A stretch of DNA of 64,000 nt from a bacterium (GTDB taxonomy: Bacteria > UBA8248), in NCBI GenBank assembly GCA_965202625.1, contig CBDBBI010000010.1, positions 512,001 to 576,000 on the forward strand, in the 5' to 3' direction. The notes under the pieces are model-generated. The model was not told the origin of the DNA. It saw only the letters and a list, made by a program, of their open reading frames with translations, and did no database searches. Shown here in pieces: positions 51,109 through 60,173 of the stretch (position 1 is its first letter; each line of letters begins with the position of its first letter). The translations under genes were made by a program, and so were the position numbers.

Positions 51109-52153
51109 GTTGGCCCGAAGCCGCAAGAAGCCAAAGGGCTCCCTCTCGGCGCTTTCTGGCATTCAAAGCGCGTCAATGCACCCTATCTATCTCCTACAAG
51201 GGGATGACCCTTTTTTACGCGAAGAATATCTGCGCACCATTCGTCGTAAGGTTTTTGGCGATGCGCTCGATGACTTCAACCATGATCGTCTCGACTGGAA
51301 TGAGGCGGACGCGTCGCAAATTGTCACCATCGCTCAGACGCTGCCCTTCATCGCGCAGAGGCGCCTGGTCGAAATCCTGAATTTCACTAGTCCTGGCGCG
51401 CGGGATGAAACCGTCTTTCTCTCCTATTTCGACGCGCCGTCCGATTCCACCGTTCTGGTCTTTTGCGCCGAGAGCGTTGATATGCGGAGGAATTTCTTAC
51501 AGCGCCTGGCGGCGGTGAGCACGGTTTGTCACGTGGATACTCCCGGGAGGGATGAATTAACGAGATGGCTTCGTGGGCACGCTGCAGAGCTAGGATTCGA
51601 GTTGCGACCCGAGGCCGCCGACATGCTCGTCGAAATGGTCAAGCCCTCCATGGCGAGACTGAACTCAGAGATAGAGAAGCTCGCCTCCTACCTGGAGTCG
51701 GGAACGTCGGCGGGAACGGAGGAGATTCGTGAAGTTGTGGGTCATTCCAAGGAAGAACTACTCTATAAGCTGGGGGATTCGATCAGCCTGGGGAGATTGG
51801 GAGAAACCCTGATTCTCTTGCGCCGGATGATGGAGGTCGAACACCCTGTCGTTTTCATCGGGCTTCTACGCAATATGATTCGGCGATGGACGATTTCAAA
51901 AGCGTTGGCGAGAAGTGAGCGCGGCGCGCTTGAAATCTCTCAAACTCTGGGAGTGCCCCCTTTCGTGGCGCAAAAGCTCGAGGGGCAGGTCAGGAGTTTG
52001 CGTTCCACCTATCTGCGCGATTTGTACGCGAAGCTGCTCGCACTGGATCGTAAGATGAAAAGGACGGGCGACCTGAGAGTCGTCCGACAGACGTTGGAGC
52101 TGTTTTTGATCGATGCGCGCTTGTCTAAAGACGGAACGCGCACGAGGGTTTAG
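51098..52153 (+). CDS. holA: DNA polymerase III delta subunit
   Basis: PIYLLQGDDPFL, TLPFIAQRRLV and EIEKL. Confidence 0.92.
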   Translation: MVSRLARSRKKPKGSLSALSGIQSASMHPIYLLQGDDPFLREEYLRTIRRKVFGDALDDFNHDRLDWNEADASQIVTIAQTLPFIAQRRLVEILNFTSPGARDETVFLSYFDAPSDSTVLVFCAESVDMRRNFLQRLAAVSTVCHVDTPGRDELTRWLRGHAAELGFELRPEAADMLVEMVKPSMARLNSEIEKLASYLESGTSAGTEEIREVVGHSKEELLYKLGDSISLGRLGETLILLRRMMEVEHPVVFIGLLRNMIRRWTISKALARSERGALEISQTLGVPPFVAQKLEGQVRSLRSTYLRDLYAKLLALDRKMKRTGDLRVVRQTLELFLIDARLSKDGTRTRV

Positions 52154-52164
52154 GGACTTTAATT

Positions 52165-52419
52165 TTATTTCACGGACGCCTCATGAACCCGTTTGGACAA
52201 TCTTCCCGCGCACCTAGACGCCGTCTTTTTGTGAATGATCCCTTTCGCCGCCGCGCGGTCCAACTCGGACTGGGCCTTTTTCAGCAACTCCTGGGAGTTT
52301 TCCCCGCTATTCAAAACTCTTTTGATGGTGTTGCGAAACTGAGAGCGGATGGTACGATTTCTGTTGCGGCGGACCATGTTCTGGCGATTTCGCTTTTTGG
52401 CGGAACGAATATGTGACAA
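52165..52419 (-). CDS. rpsT: 30S ribosomal protein S20
   Basis: HIRSAKKRNRQN...RNR...KGIIHKKTASR; TTG start at 52419 after GGAGA. Confidence 0.95.
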   Translation of the reverse strand: MSHIRSAKKRNRQNMVRRNRNRTIRSQFRNTIKRVLNSGENSQELLKKAQSELDRAAAKGIIHKKTASRCAGRLSKRVHEASVK

Positions 52420-52477
52420 TTTATCGGATTCTCCCATGCGTGGAATGTTTCTCTTGAGGCTGCCTCGCAACGCGGGT

Positions 52478-52505
52478 AAGATACCACTGATCAAAGGGTT
52501 GTCAA
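52478..52505 (-). promoter_or_regulatory. sigma70-type promoter for rpsT
   Basis: TTGACA, 16-nt spacer, TGgTATCTT extended -10 on the minus strand. Confidence 0.5.
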
Positions 52506-52532
52506 GCTCATCGCCCTAGTGTCAGGATTTTT

Positions 52533-54208
52533 GTGACCGCGCCATCCGAGCCACCGCATTCGGAGAAAAAAGAAGAGGGCGTATCCGGAGTTGCGCCTGG
52601 GGCAAATGGCAGTTCTTCCGCAGGGAGGACATTTCCAGGCTTGCCGGCCCGGTAAGTCTGGCGACCCTCATCAGCCGAGTTGCAGGTTTTTTCCGCGACC
52701 TGCTCATCGCTAGGTTTTTTGGCGCGGCAATGATGGCCGACGCCTTTTTCGTGGCGTTTGCGATTCCTAACCTTTGTAGGCGCATGTTCATGGAAGGGGC
52801 GCTGAGCTCCTCGTTTCTTCCCGTCTACTCTGACGTGCGTGAACGATGTGGCCCCAGAGAAGCCCGCAGGTTCGCCGGCGGCATAGTGGTGTTTCTCCTC
52901 CTCGCCGGAGGCGCCAGTTGTCTGCTTGCGATTCGGTTCGCGGAACCCTTGATGCGGGCGCTCGCGCCCGGCTTCTCGCGCAACCAGGAAAAACTGCTTC
53001 TTGCGGCGGAGCTCACCCGCATCATGTTCGCGTTCGTCGTTTTCATCGGGCTATGGGCAGTCGCGGCAGGAGTTCTGAACGCCGCGCGTCGTTTTTTCGC
53101 GCCCGCCCTCGCCCCCGCTCTGCAAAACGTGGTCATCATTCTCGCGCTCTTGCTAGCAAATTTTTGGACGAGCAGAGCGGAAACCGTCCGCTGGCTCGCT
53201 TGGGCCGTAGTCGCTGGAGGGGCAGCGCAGTTTCTCTTTCAGGTCCCTTTCATGAGAAAATTAGGCATATTGCCCATCCTCTCCATGCCCTGGCGCGTGG
53301 AGGGCATGGGCAGGTGCCTGGCACTGATGGGACCGGCGGCCCTTGGGGGCGCTATTTTTCAGATCAACGTTCTCGTTGATCGCTGGCTAGCCTCGTTTCT
53401 AACGGAAGGTGCGATCTCCTATCTCTATTATGCGAATCGACTGGTTCAGCTTCCTCATGGTATCCTGAGCCTTGCGGTTGTCTCTGCCGTCTTGCCCGTT
53501 TTGTCTGATTACGCCGCAAAAAACAGAGGCGATTCCGCGTCGGAAAATTCCGAGCGCAACACCATGCTCGAGGCCGGCCGTCTCACGCTGTTCATCACGA
53601 TTCCCTCGACGTTCGGCCTAGTGGCACTCGCCCACCCGATTGTAGAAGTCATTTTTGAACGAGGCGCCTTCACGCAAAGTGATGCGGCTGCGAGCGCAGC
53701 CGCTCTGCGGGCGTATGCGGTCGGGTTGATTTTTTTTGGCGCGACAAGGCTTCTGGCGGGGGTGTTTCACGCGCGCTTGAACACGAGTTTCCCGATGCGG
53801 TGCGCCAACGTCGTCGTCCTCTCGAACGTCGCTCTCAGCGTCGCTTTGATGGTCCCGTTCGGCTTCGTGGGACTCGCGCTCGCCACGTCTTGCGCAAGCG
53901 CCTTGAATGCGGGATTGTTGTTGAGAGGCGTCCTGCGGGAGTGGAGAGATTTTCCGAAAAAGGAGTTGGCCCATTCCCTGGGCAGACTTCTCGCGCTTGG
54001 AATCCTGACGGGGTTGCTCGCATCTTTCGTTCATCTGCAATTCGTTCGTCTGGGGCTGTGGGATTCGGGGGGAGCGTCCAAATTGTTCCTCGTGGCGTTT
54101 GAGGTCTCCTTGGCCGCAGGATTCTACCTTTCCATGGGAAAAAAATTTGATGCGCCCTCTTATGAATCTTGGAGCCGCTTCGCCCGCCTCAGGCGGGGAA
54201 GAGCCTGA
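52533..54208 (+). CDS. murJ: Lipid II flippase MurJ, 5' end apparently frameshifted
   Basis: ATLISRVAGFFRD...ADAFFVAFAIPN...EGAL and YYANRLVQLP; the conserved N-terminus has no in-frame canonical start. Confidence 0.9.
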
Positions 54209-54227
54209 GCGATGAGGGGGGGGGATA

Positions 54228-55181
54228 ATGGGGAAGAAACGAACGGCGGCCAAGAGTCGTGAGAGGAATAAAGGGGTCAGGCTTGCCGCCCCTTTGGCCG
54301 ACATCTTGCGGACGTTTCAAGGTTTCCTGCTCATTGAACGTCGTCTCTCGGCGAATACCGTCGAGAGTTATGGCCGTGACGTTGAAGCGTTTCTCCGGTG
54401 GGCGCAAATAAACGACGGCGTATCGCCCGCAAACTGGTCCAAGGCGACCGTCGTTTCCTATCTGAAAACGGAACGTAAGAATGGGAAGTCAAACGCCACG
54501 CTGCGCCGGCATTTGGCGTCGGTTCGCGGGTTTGCGAAGCTGTTGGTCCGCGACGGACATGTTCAGGAGGATTTTACGGCGGACATCGTCCAGCCTTCAA
54601 GGTGGGAGCGTCTGCCCAAGACCCTCTCTCAAGAAAACATGTCCAGGATTTTACTCGCGCCCGACGACAAGACCCCGGAGGCCGTTCGGGACAGGGCCAT
54701 GTTTGAGCTTCTATATGCGACCGGCATGCGCGTGAGCGAGATTGTTGATCTCGAGCTCAATCAGATTCAGCTCGAAGCGGGCTTTTGCATCGTTCATGGA
54801 AAAGGCGAGAAGTCGCGCCTCGTTCCGATAGGAGACGCCGCGAAACACTGTCTTGAGGATTATCTGGATACGGCGCGTCTGTATCTGTTGCGTACCCGAA
54901 AGTCGACACACGCCTTCCTCACCCGTCGGGGAGGTCCCATGACCCGCCAGGCCTTTTGGGCGCGGGTGAAGCGATGGGCCCAAAAAGCGGGGGTGGGTAA
55001 AGGAGTTAGCCCGCACATGTTTCGCCACAGCTTTGCGACGCATCTGCTCAATCATGGTGCTGACCTGCGGGCTGTCCAGGCGATGCTTGGGCATTCCGAC
55101 ATTTCTACCACTGAGGTGTATACGCATGTGGACAGGCGAAAGCTGCGGCGGCTTCTGGACAAAGGACATCCAAGGGGATAG
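54228..55181 (+). CDS. xerD: Site-specific tyrosine recombinase XerD
   Basis: RDRAMFELLYATGMRVSE, GKGEK, HMFRHSFATHLL and LGHSDISTTEVY. Confidence 0.92.
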   Translation: MGKKRTAAKSRERNKGVRLAAPLADILRTFQGFLLIERRLSANTVESYGRDVEAFLRWAQINDGVSPANWSKATVVSYLKTERKNGKSNATLRRHLASVRGFAKLLVRDGHVQEDFTADIVQPSRWERLPKTLSQENMSRILLAPDDKTPEAVRDRAMFELLYATGMRVSEIVDLELNQIQLEAGFCIVHGKGEKSRLVPIGDAAKHCLEDYLDTARLYLLRTRKSTHAFLTRRGGPMTRQAFWARVKRWAQKAGVGKGVSPHMFRHSFATHLLNHGADLRAVQAMLGHSDISTTEVYTHVDRRKLRRLLDKGHPRG

Positions 55182-55216
55182 AGAATAAAATGGGAAATGG
55201 AAATTTATTTCTCGTA

Positions 55217-55245
55217 TTGACGCTCCAAATTCCTAAGCTTACGAT
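55217..55245 (+). promoter_or_regulatory. sigma70-type promoter for the phoH operon
   Basis: TTGACG, 17-nt spacer, TACGAT. Confidence 0.6.
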
Positions 55246-55313
55246 CTGGCGAGCGAGCAGGGCATGCCCTAGCGAAGTCCATCACGCGAAAGATATGGGG
55301 AGCGTGGAATCTT

Positions 55314-56270
55314 TTGGCGACGAAGATGTCTGCAAGCCCACTGGCCCGGCCGGATAGGTTGATTCACATTATCGGAAACCGGGATGAATCTCTCAAGGCC
55401 GTTGAGCGGGCATTTGGCGTAAAAATTCGGATTGTCTCAGAAGGGTTTGTGATCGAGGGCGCGCCCGGTGATGCCGAGAAAGCGCGGTTGTTCCTCGATG
55501 AATTGGCGAGTTGCATCGATGAGGGTTTGCGTTTTGATTCGTTGGGCGTTGGTACCCTAGCGGGAATTGCGGCACAGGAAGAGGGCGTCACGCTGCGCTC
55601 TTTGGTGACAAATCGAATATCGGTTTCTCCGAGAAAACGTTACGTGATCCCCAAGGGCCCCGCCCAGAGCCAATACATACGAGCGATTCGCGAGAAAGGG
55701 GTGACGTTCGGCATAGGGCCGGCCGGAACAGGGAAGACCTATCTGGCCATGGCCATGGCGGTTTCCGGCTTACTGGAGAAGGCGTACGCGCGCATCGTGT
55801 TGACACGGCCCGTGGTGGAGGCGGGCGAGAAACTCGGATTCCTGCCTGGAGATTTGCAGGAGAAGGTCAACCCATATCTCAGGCCGCTGTTTGACGCCCT
55901 GAACGATATGGTGGAATTTGAGAGGGTGGAGCGTTTCATTCAAAGGGACGAGATTGAGATAGCGCCCCTCGCCTATATGAGGGGGCGCTCGCTAAATGAC
56001 TCCTTCATTGTATTGGACGAAGCCCAGAACACGACGCCCAAACAGATGAAAATGTTTCTCACCCGCATCGGCGTCGGCAGCAAGGCGGTTGTTACCGGAG
56101 ACATTACGCAAATTGACCTGCCTGGGACTTCTGGGTGCGGGCTGATTCATGCACAGGATGTCTTGGGTGAGGTGGAGGAAGTCCGTTTCGTTTATTTCAG
56201 AGAACGAGACGTGGTCCGCACACAATTGGTGAGAAAAATTGTTTCCGCATACGAGGCCCATAGTTCGTGA
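55314..56270 (+). CDS. phoH: PhoH family ATPase
   Basis: GPAGTGKT, RPVVEAGEKLGFLPG, YMRGR, DEAQN and GDITQIDL. Confidence 0.95.
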   Translation: MATKMSASPLARPDRLIHIIGNRDESLKAVERAFGVKIRIVSEGFVIEGAPGDAEKARLFLDELASCIDEGLRFDSLGVGTLAGIAAQEEGVTLRSLVTNRISVSPRKRYVIPKGPAQSQYIRAIREKGVTFGIGPAGTGKTYLAMAMAVSGLLEKAYARIVLTRPVVEAGEKLGFLPGDLQEKVNPYLRPLFDALNDMVEFERVERFIQRDEIEIAPLAYMRGRSLNDSFIVLDEAQNTTPKQMKMFLTRIGVGSKAVVTGDITQIDLPGTSGCGLIHAQDVLGEVEEVRFVYFRERDVVRTQLVRKIVSAYEAHSS

Positions 56271-56377
56271 GTGAATTTTCCGAAAGAAGAAGCTCGCGCC
56301 ACCGGGGCGTTCCTGTTCCCATATGGTCGATTCGTCCACAATCTCTTCGCAGGTGAAGGATTCTAGAGGTTGATCAC

Positions 56378-58864
56378 GTGATTCATCGAACCATAGGTTG
56401 GAAAGCGACGGGGAAATTCAAAAACACCTTCCTGCGTCCCCTTATACTGATGGAACGCTGGATGCGAGGGGCTGTTCCCGCGTTTGCTGACGCGAGAATG
56501 TATCCATGGATTTTGGGCCTGACCCTCTCCATCGCCATTTCATTTCTACTCACGACGGACGTCTCCTCCCCGCGCGTGTCCTTTGAGGTGGGCGACGTCG
56601 TTCCCAGGGACATCAAGGCCCCCCATGATATGCGCGTGATCGACCCCATCGCCACGAACGCGAAGCGACAGGCGGCTAGGGAAAAAGTCTTGCCGCGCTA
56701 CGACATCGACACTCAGCTTTCGCAAATCGTCCTCAACAGATTGACCGGCGCGTTCGAGGCCATTCAAAGGACGATAGACGAAGAGTTGGAGAAGGTGAAA
56801 AGCGATCAGCTGCGCAAGCAGGTCAAGCAGGGAACAAATGCGCTTTTCCGTGAGTCGGAAGCTTACCGGGAAGTGTATGCTACCCCTTCCTACTTAAAGG
56901 CGGAGAGCGCGTTTCATAAGTTGGTGGGCGGCGCGGTTCCTAGTGAACTCTCCGCCTGGTGGAGAGAGGAGAGATTTGCGAATTGGATTCGGGAAGATAT
57001 CGCCCATTTATTGAAGGCAGCGTTTTCGCGTCAAATCGTGGCGGACAAGCAATTATACGCCGCCCATGCGGCGAGAGGCATCACGGCGCGGGACATCAGA
57101 ACGGGAAATCCCGTCTCCATCAACCCGTCCATGAATCCCTTAGAACTGCGGCAGGTGGGCACGCTCCTCAGGCGGGAAGTCTCCAGGACGCGCCCCAGTA
57201 TCTCCTGGCGCATTGGCGATTTGCTCATCGCGCAAATCGCGAAAATGACTCAACCAACGTTGACCTTCAACAACAGGGCAACGCTGGAGAGCAGGGAGTC
57301 CGCCGCCGCCGCTGTTCAGCCAATCTCGGAGATTATCAAGCAGGGGGAGATGATTGTTCGGGAGGGCGAGCGAGTGAGCGAGGGGCAAATCACCAAACTT
57401 AAGGGTTTAGAGAGAATCTATCGCCACGGCCATGCGCTTGACAACTTCGTAGGAACGGCGCTGGTGGCGTTCATCCTGCTCATCCTGGCGTGGATCTGCG
57501 TCCAGAAATATGACGTGGATTTTGGCGCTTCTCCCAAAAACGTGACCCTTTTCGTGATGTTGGTCCTGATTCAGGCCGTCTTGCTGAAAACGGGCATTCT
57601 CTTCTCTAGGGCGCTCCATGGAATCTGGGGGGGAATTCCGTTGCAATCGTTTTACTATGTCGTTCCTTTTTGCTCGGCCTCTCTTCTCGCGGCCGTTTTG
57701 CAAGGGCGATCTTCTGCGGTGTTAATGGCGGTTTTTTCCGCAGTTCTCACGGGATTGATTTTGCCGGCGCACATCAATTTCAGTTTCATCGCCCTCGCGG
57801 GCGGCGTGGCCGCGGCCGTTCGCTGGAAGGAATATCGGCGCAGGACATCCGTGCTCACCGCGGCGCTCATTCTTGGCCTGCTCGGCGCCGCGCTCGCTCT
57901 GGGCTTCAACATGCAGGAGGGTTTCCGCGCGGTTGTTGCGCGATGGACGGACATTCCCATCGCCTTGTTCGGCGGCCTCTCGAACGTCATCATTGTGGCG
58001 GGGGCCATGCCCCTTCTCGAGTCGATTTTCAAGCTCACGACCGACATGCGCCTTTTGGAGTTGGCCGATCAAAATCACCCTTTGCTTAGAAAAATGGTCG
58101 TGAATGCGCCAGGGACCTATCACCACAGCCTTCTCGTGGGGAATCTGGCTGAGGAAGCGTCCGAGGCGATTGGGGCGAACCCGCTTCTCACTCGCGTGGG
58201 CGCGTATTTCCACGATATCGGCAAGATGATGAAGCCGGAGTATTTCATCGAAAATCAGGGGGTGGAAAATCGGCACGACAAGCTCAAGCCCAACATGAGC
58301 GCACTCATCTTGATCAGCCACGTGAAAGAAGGCATCGAGCTCGCCAGACGTCATAAACTTCCCAAAGAGATTATCGATTTAATCCGGCAACATCATGGAA
58401 CGTCCCTGATGCGATATTTCTATGAAAAGGCAAAGTGCCAAAATGGGGATGACGTGAGAGAGGAGATTTTTCGCTATCCTGGACCGAGGCCGCAGACGAG
58501 AGAGGCGGGCATCCTGATGCTGGCCGATATGGTGGAGGCGGCCTCGCACTCACTCTCCGACCATTCCCTTGGACGCCTGAGTGGCTTGGTCGATAGAATT
58601 GTCCAAAGTGCTTTCTCAGAAGGGCAACTGGATAATTGTAGCCTCACACTCAGAGATTTAAGTCGGATCCAGAACGCTTTCATGCGCGTTTTGGTTGGCA
58701 TTCATCACCACCGGATCCGTTATCCGGAACAAAAGAGCGCTCCCAGGAAAGGGTCTTTGAATGGAAGTCCTCATCAAAAACGCACAAAGGCTGTTGACGC
58801 TGAACCGCGAGGCGTTGCGGCGACGTTTGGGGATTATCGGACAGGCTCTCCGCTCCAAGGATGA
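56378..58864 (+). CDS. 7TM-HD phosphohydrolase (PgpH-like c-di-AMP phosphodiesterase)
   Basis: Extracellular 7TMR-HDED region, 7 TM helices, PGTYHHS, HDIGK, HHGT and LADMVEAA. Confidence 0.9.
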   Translation: MIHRTIGWKATGKFKNTFLRPLILMERWMRGAVPAFADARMYPWILGLTLSIAISFLLTTDVSSPRVSFEVGDVVPRDIKAPHDMRVIDPIATNAKRQAAREKVLPRYDIDTQLSQIVLNRLTGAFEAIQRTIDEELEKVKSDQLRKQVKQGTNALFRESEAYREVYATPSYLKAESAFHKLVGGAVPSELSAWWREERFANWIREDIAHLLKAAFSRQIVADKQLYAAHAARGITARDIRTGNPVSINPSMNPLELRQVGTLLRREVSRTRPSISWRIGDLLIAQIAKMTQPTLTFNNRATLESRESAAAAVQPISEIIKQGEMIVREGERVSEGQITKLKGLERIYRHGHALDNFVGTALVAFILLILAWICVQKYDVDFGASPKNVTLFVMLVLIQAVLLKTGILFSRALHGIWGGIPLQSFYYVVPFCSASLLAAVLQGRSSAVLMAVFSAVLTGLILPAHINFSFIALAGGVAAAVRWKEYRRRTSVLTAALILGLLGAALALGFNMQEGFRAVVARWTDIPIALFGGLSNVIIVAGAMPLLESIFKLTTDMRLLELADQNHPLLRKMVVNAPGTYHHSLLVGNLAEEASEAIGANPLLTRVGAYFHDIGKMMKPEYFIENQGVENRHDKLKPNMSALILISHVKEGIELARRHKLPKEIIDLIRQHHGTSLMRYFYEKAKCQNGDDVREEIFRYPGPRPQTREAGILMLADMVEAASHSLSDHSLGRLSGLVDRIVQSAFSEGQLDNCSLTLRDLSRIQNAFMRVLVGIHHHRIRYPEQKSAPRKGSLNGSPHQKRTKAVDAEPRGVAATFGDYRTGSPLQG

Positions 58865-59243
58865 TTGGTGCAGCGTCGTTCTTATTCGGGGGAAGGGAAT
58901 GCGCACACTGAATGCGCAATATCGAGGGGAGGACGAAACGACGGATGTGCTCGCTTTCCCGCCACCACCGGACTCTCCCACCTTGGCGGGAGTGCAAGAG
59001 GAGAAAAAAGCGTTTCTGGGCGAGGTGGTCATCTGCGCCGATGAGGTCCTTCGCCAGGCAAATGCGGAGGCGGTTGCTTGTGAGGTGCTGGCCGATCGTC
59101 TGCTCGTCCATGGCCTTTTGCACCTTAAGGGATATGATCATGGCACGAAAGCGGAATCCGACCGAATGAAAAAAGAAGAGGAAAGGATGGCCCGACTATT
59201 TGATGAGGCCTGGCTATCGCGTAGGAAACCGGAGAATCGTTAA
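58761..59243 (+). CDS. ybeY: rRNA maturation RNase YbeY
   Basis: LNAQYRG, TDVLAF and HGLLHLKGYDH. Confidence 0.95.
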   Translation: MEVLIKNAQRLLTLNREALRRRLGIIGQALRSKDDWCSVVLIRGKGMRTLNAQYRGEDETTDVLAFPPPPDSPTLAGVQEEKKAFLGEVVICADEVLRQANAEAVACEVLADRLLVHGLLHLKGYDHGTKAESDRMKKEEERMARLFDEAWLSRRKPENR

Positions 59244-59741
59244 ATGGAGCGGTTGTGGGCACCTTGGCGCAGAGCGTATGTAGTGGAAGATTCTGAAGCG
59301 GGAGGAGAAGCGGAACCCAGCTGTGTTTTTTGTGACTTGCTTGACGCGCAGCATAGGGAGGATAATTTGATCCTCCAAAGGGGCGAGCACTCATACGTCG
59401 TACTCAATAAATACCCCTATACGAACGGGCATCTCATTGTAGTACCGATTCGCCACCTTGAGGACTATGAGGTTCTGGATGAGGGCGAGCGTCGGGAGAT
59501 TTTCTCCCTCTCACAGAAATGCGTGGGAGTCTTGAGAAGGCGCTTGAAGGCGGACGGCTTCAACGTGGGGTTTAACCTCGGAGAGAGCGCTGGCGCCGGA
59601 ATTGTCGGCCATTTGCACATGCATGTCGTTCCGCGCTGGGAAGGAGATCACAACCTCATGCCCGTTCTGGCGGGCGTGCGAGTGATTCCCGAGAGATTAG
59701 AGACGACCTACGCACAACTCCGCCCTGATTTTGAAACGTAA
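59244..59741 (+). CDS. HIT family hydrolase (Ap4A phosphorylase-like)
   Basis: LWAPWR, CVFC, NKYPYTNGH and HLHMHVVPRW. Confidence 0.93.
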   Translation: MERLWAPWRRAYVVEDSEAGGEAEPSCVFCDLLDAQHREDNLILQRGEHSYVVLNKYPYTNGHLIVVPIRHLEDYEVLDEGERREIFSLSQKCVGVLRRRLKADGFNVGFNLGESAGAGIVGHLHMHVVPRWEGDHNLMPVLAGVRVIPERLETTYAQLRPDFET

Positions 59742-59763
59742 GCACATCGGATATGGGGACAAT

Positions 59764-60171
59764 ATGGGTAGTCTTCGACTCATCGTCGGAGTTGCACTGG
59801 CCTTGGCGATCTCCAGCTTCGGCGTCATCAACATGAAGCCGGTGACCGTCGCTTACTATCAGGGCAGCGTCAGCGCTCCTCTTTTTTATGTTCTCCTAGC
59901 GGTGTTCGCGTGCGGATTCATGGCGGCGTGGTTTGGCGGGGCATTCGACAGGTTGAGGTTCAGGAGCCAAATCGGAAAATTAAAGCGCGAAGTGAAGACA
60001 CTGGAGAACACCCTGGACGAAGCACGCGAGCAAAGCGGCAGGCTGCTCTCGGTGGGAAATAATCCAGAGGTGGATGACCCTGCGTCCGCGCTGGAGGAAG
60101 ACGCGCGGCAACAGCAAACCGCTTCCGCCCCTCGAACGAACTTATCCCCACGTGAATCTAGGACGGAGTAG
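59764..60171 (+). CDS. LapA/DUF1049 family membrane protein
   Basis: Two TM segments with FGVIN...V, followed by a coiled coil. Confidence 0.7.
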   Translation: MGSLRLIVGVALALAISSFGVINMKPVTVAYYQGSVSAPLFYVLLAVFACGFMAAWFGGAFDRLRFRSQIGKLKREVKTLENTLDEAREQSGRLLSVGNNPEVDDPASALEEDARQQQTASAPRTNLSPRESRTE

Positions 60172-60173
60172 AA

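Noticed and set aside
54228-55181. Tyrosine recombinase as the integrase of a mobile element
   Set aside because: It has XerD-like motifs and housekeeping neighbours, with no att repeats, tRNA or cargo
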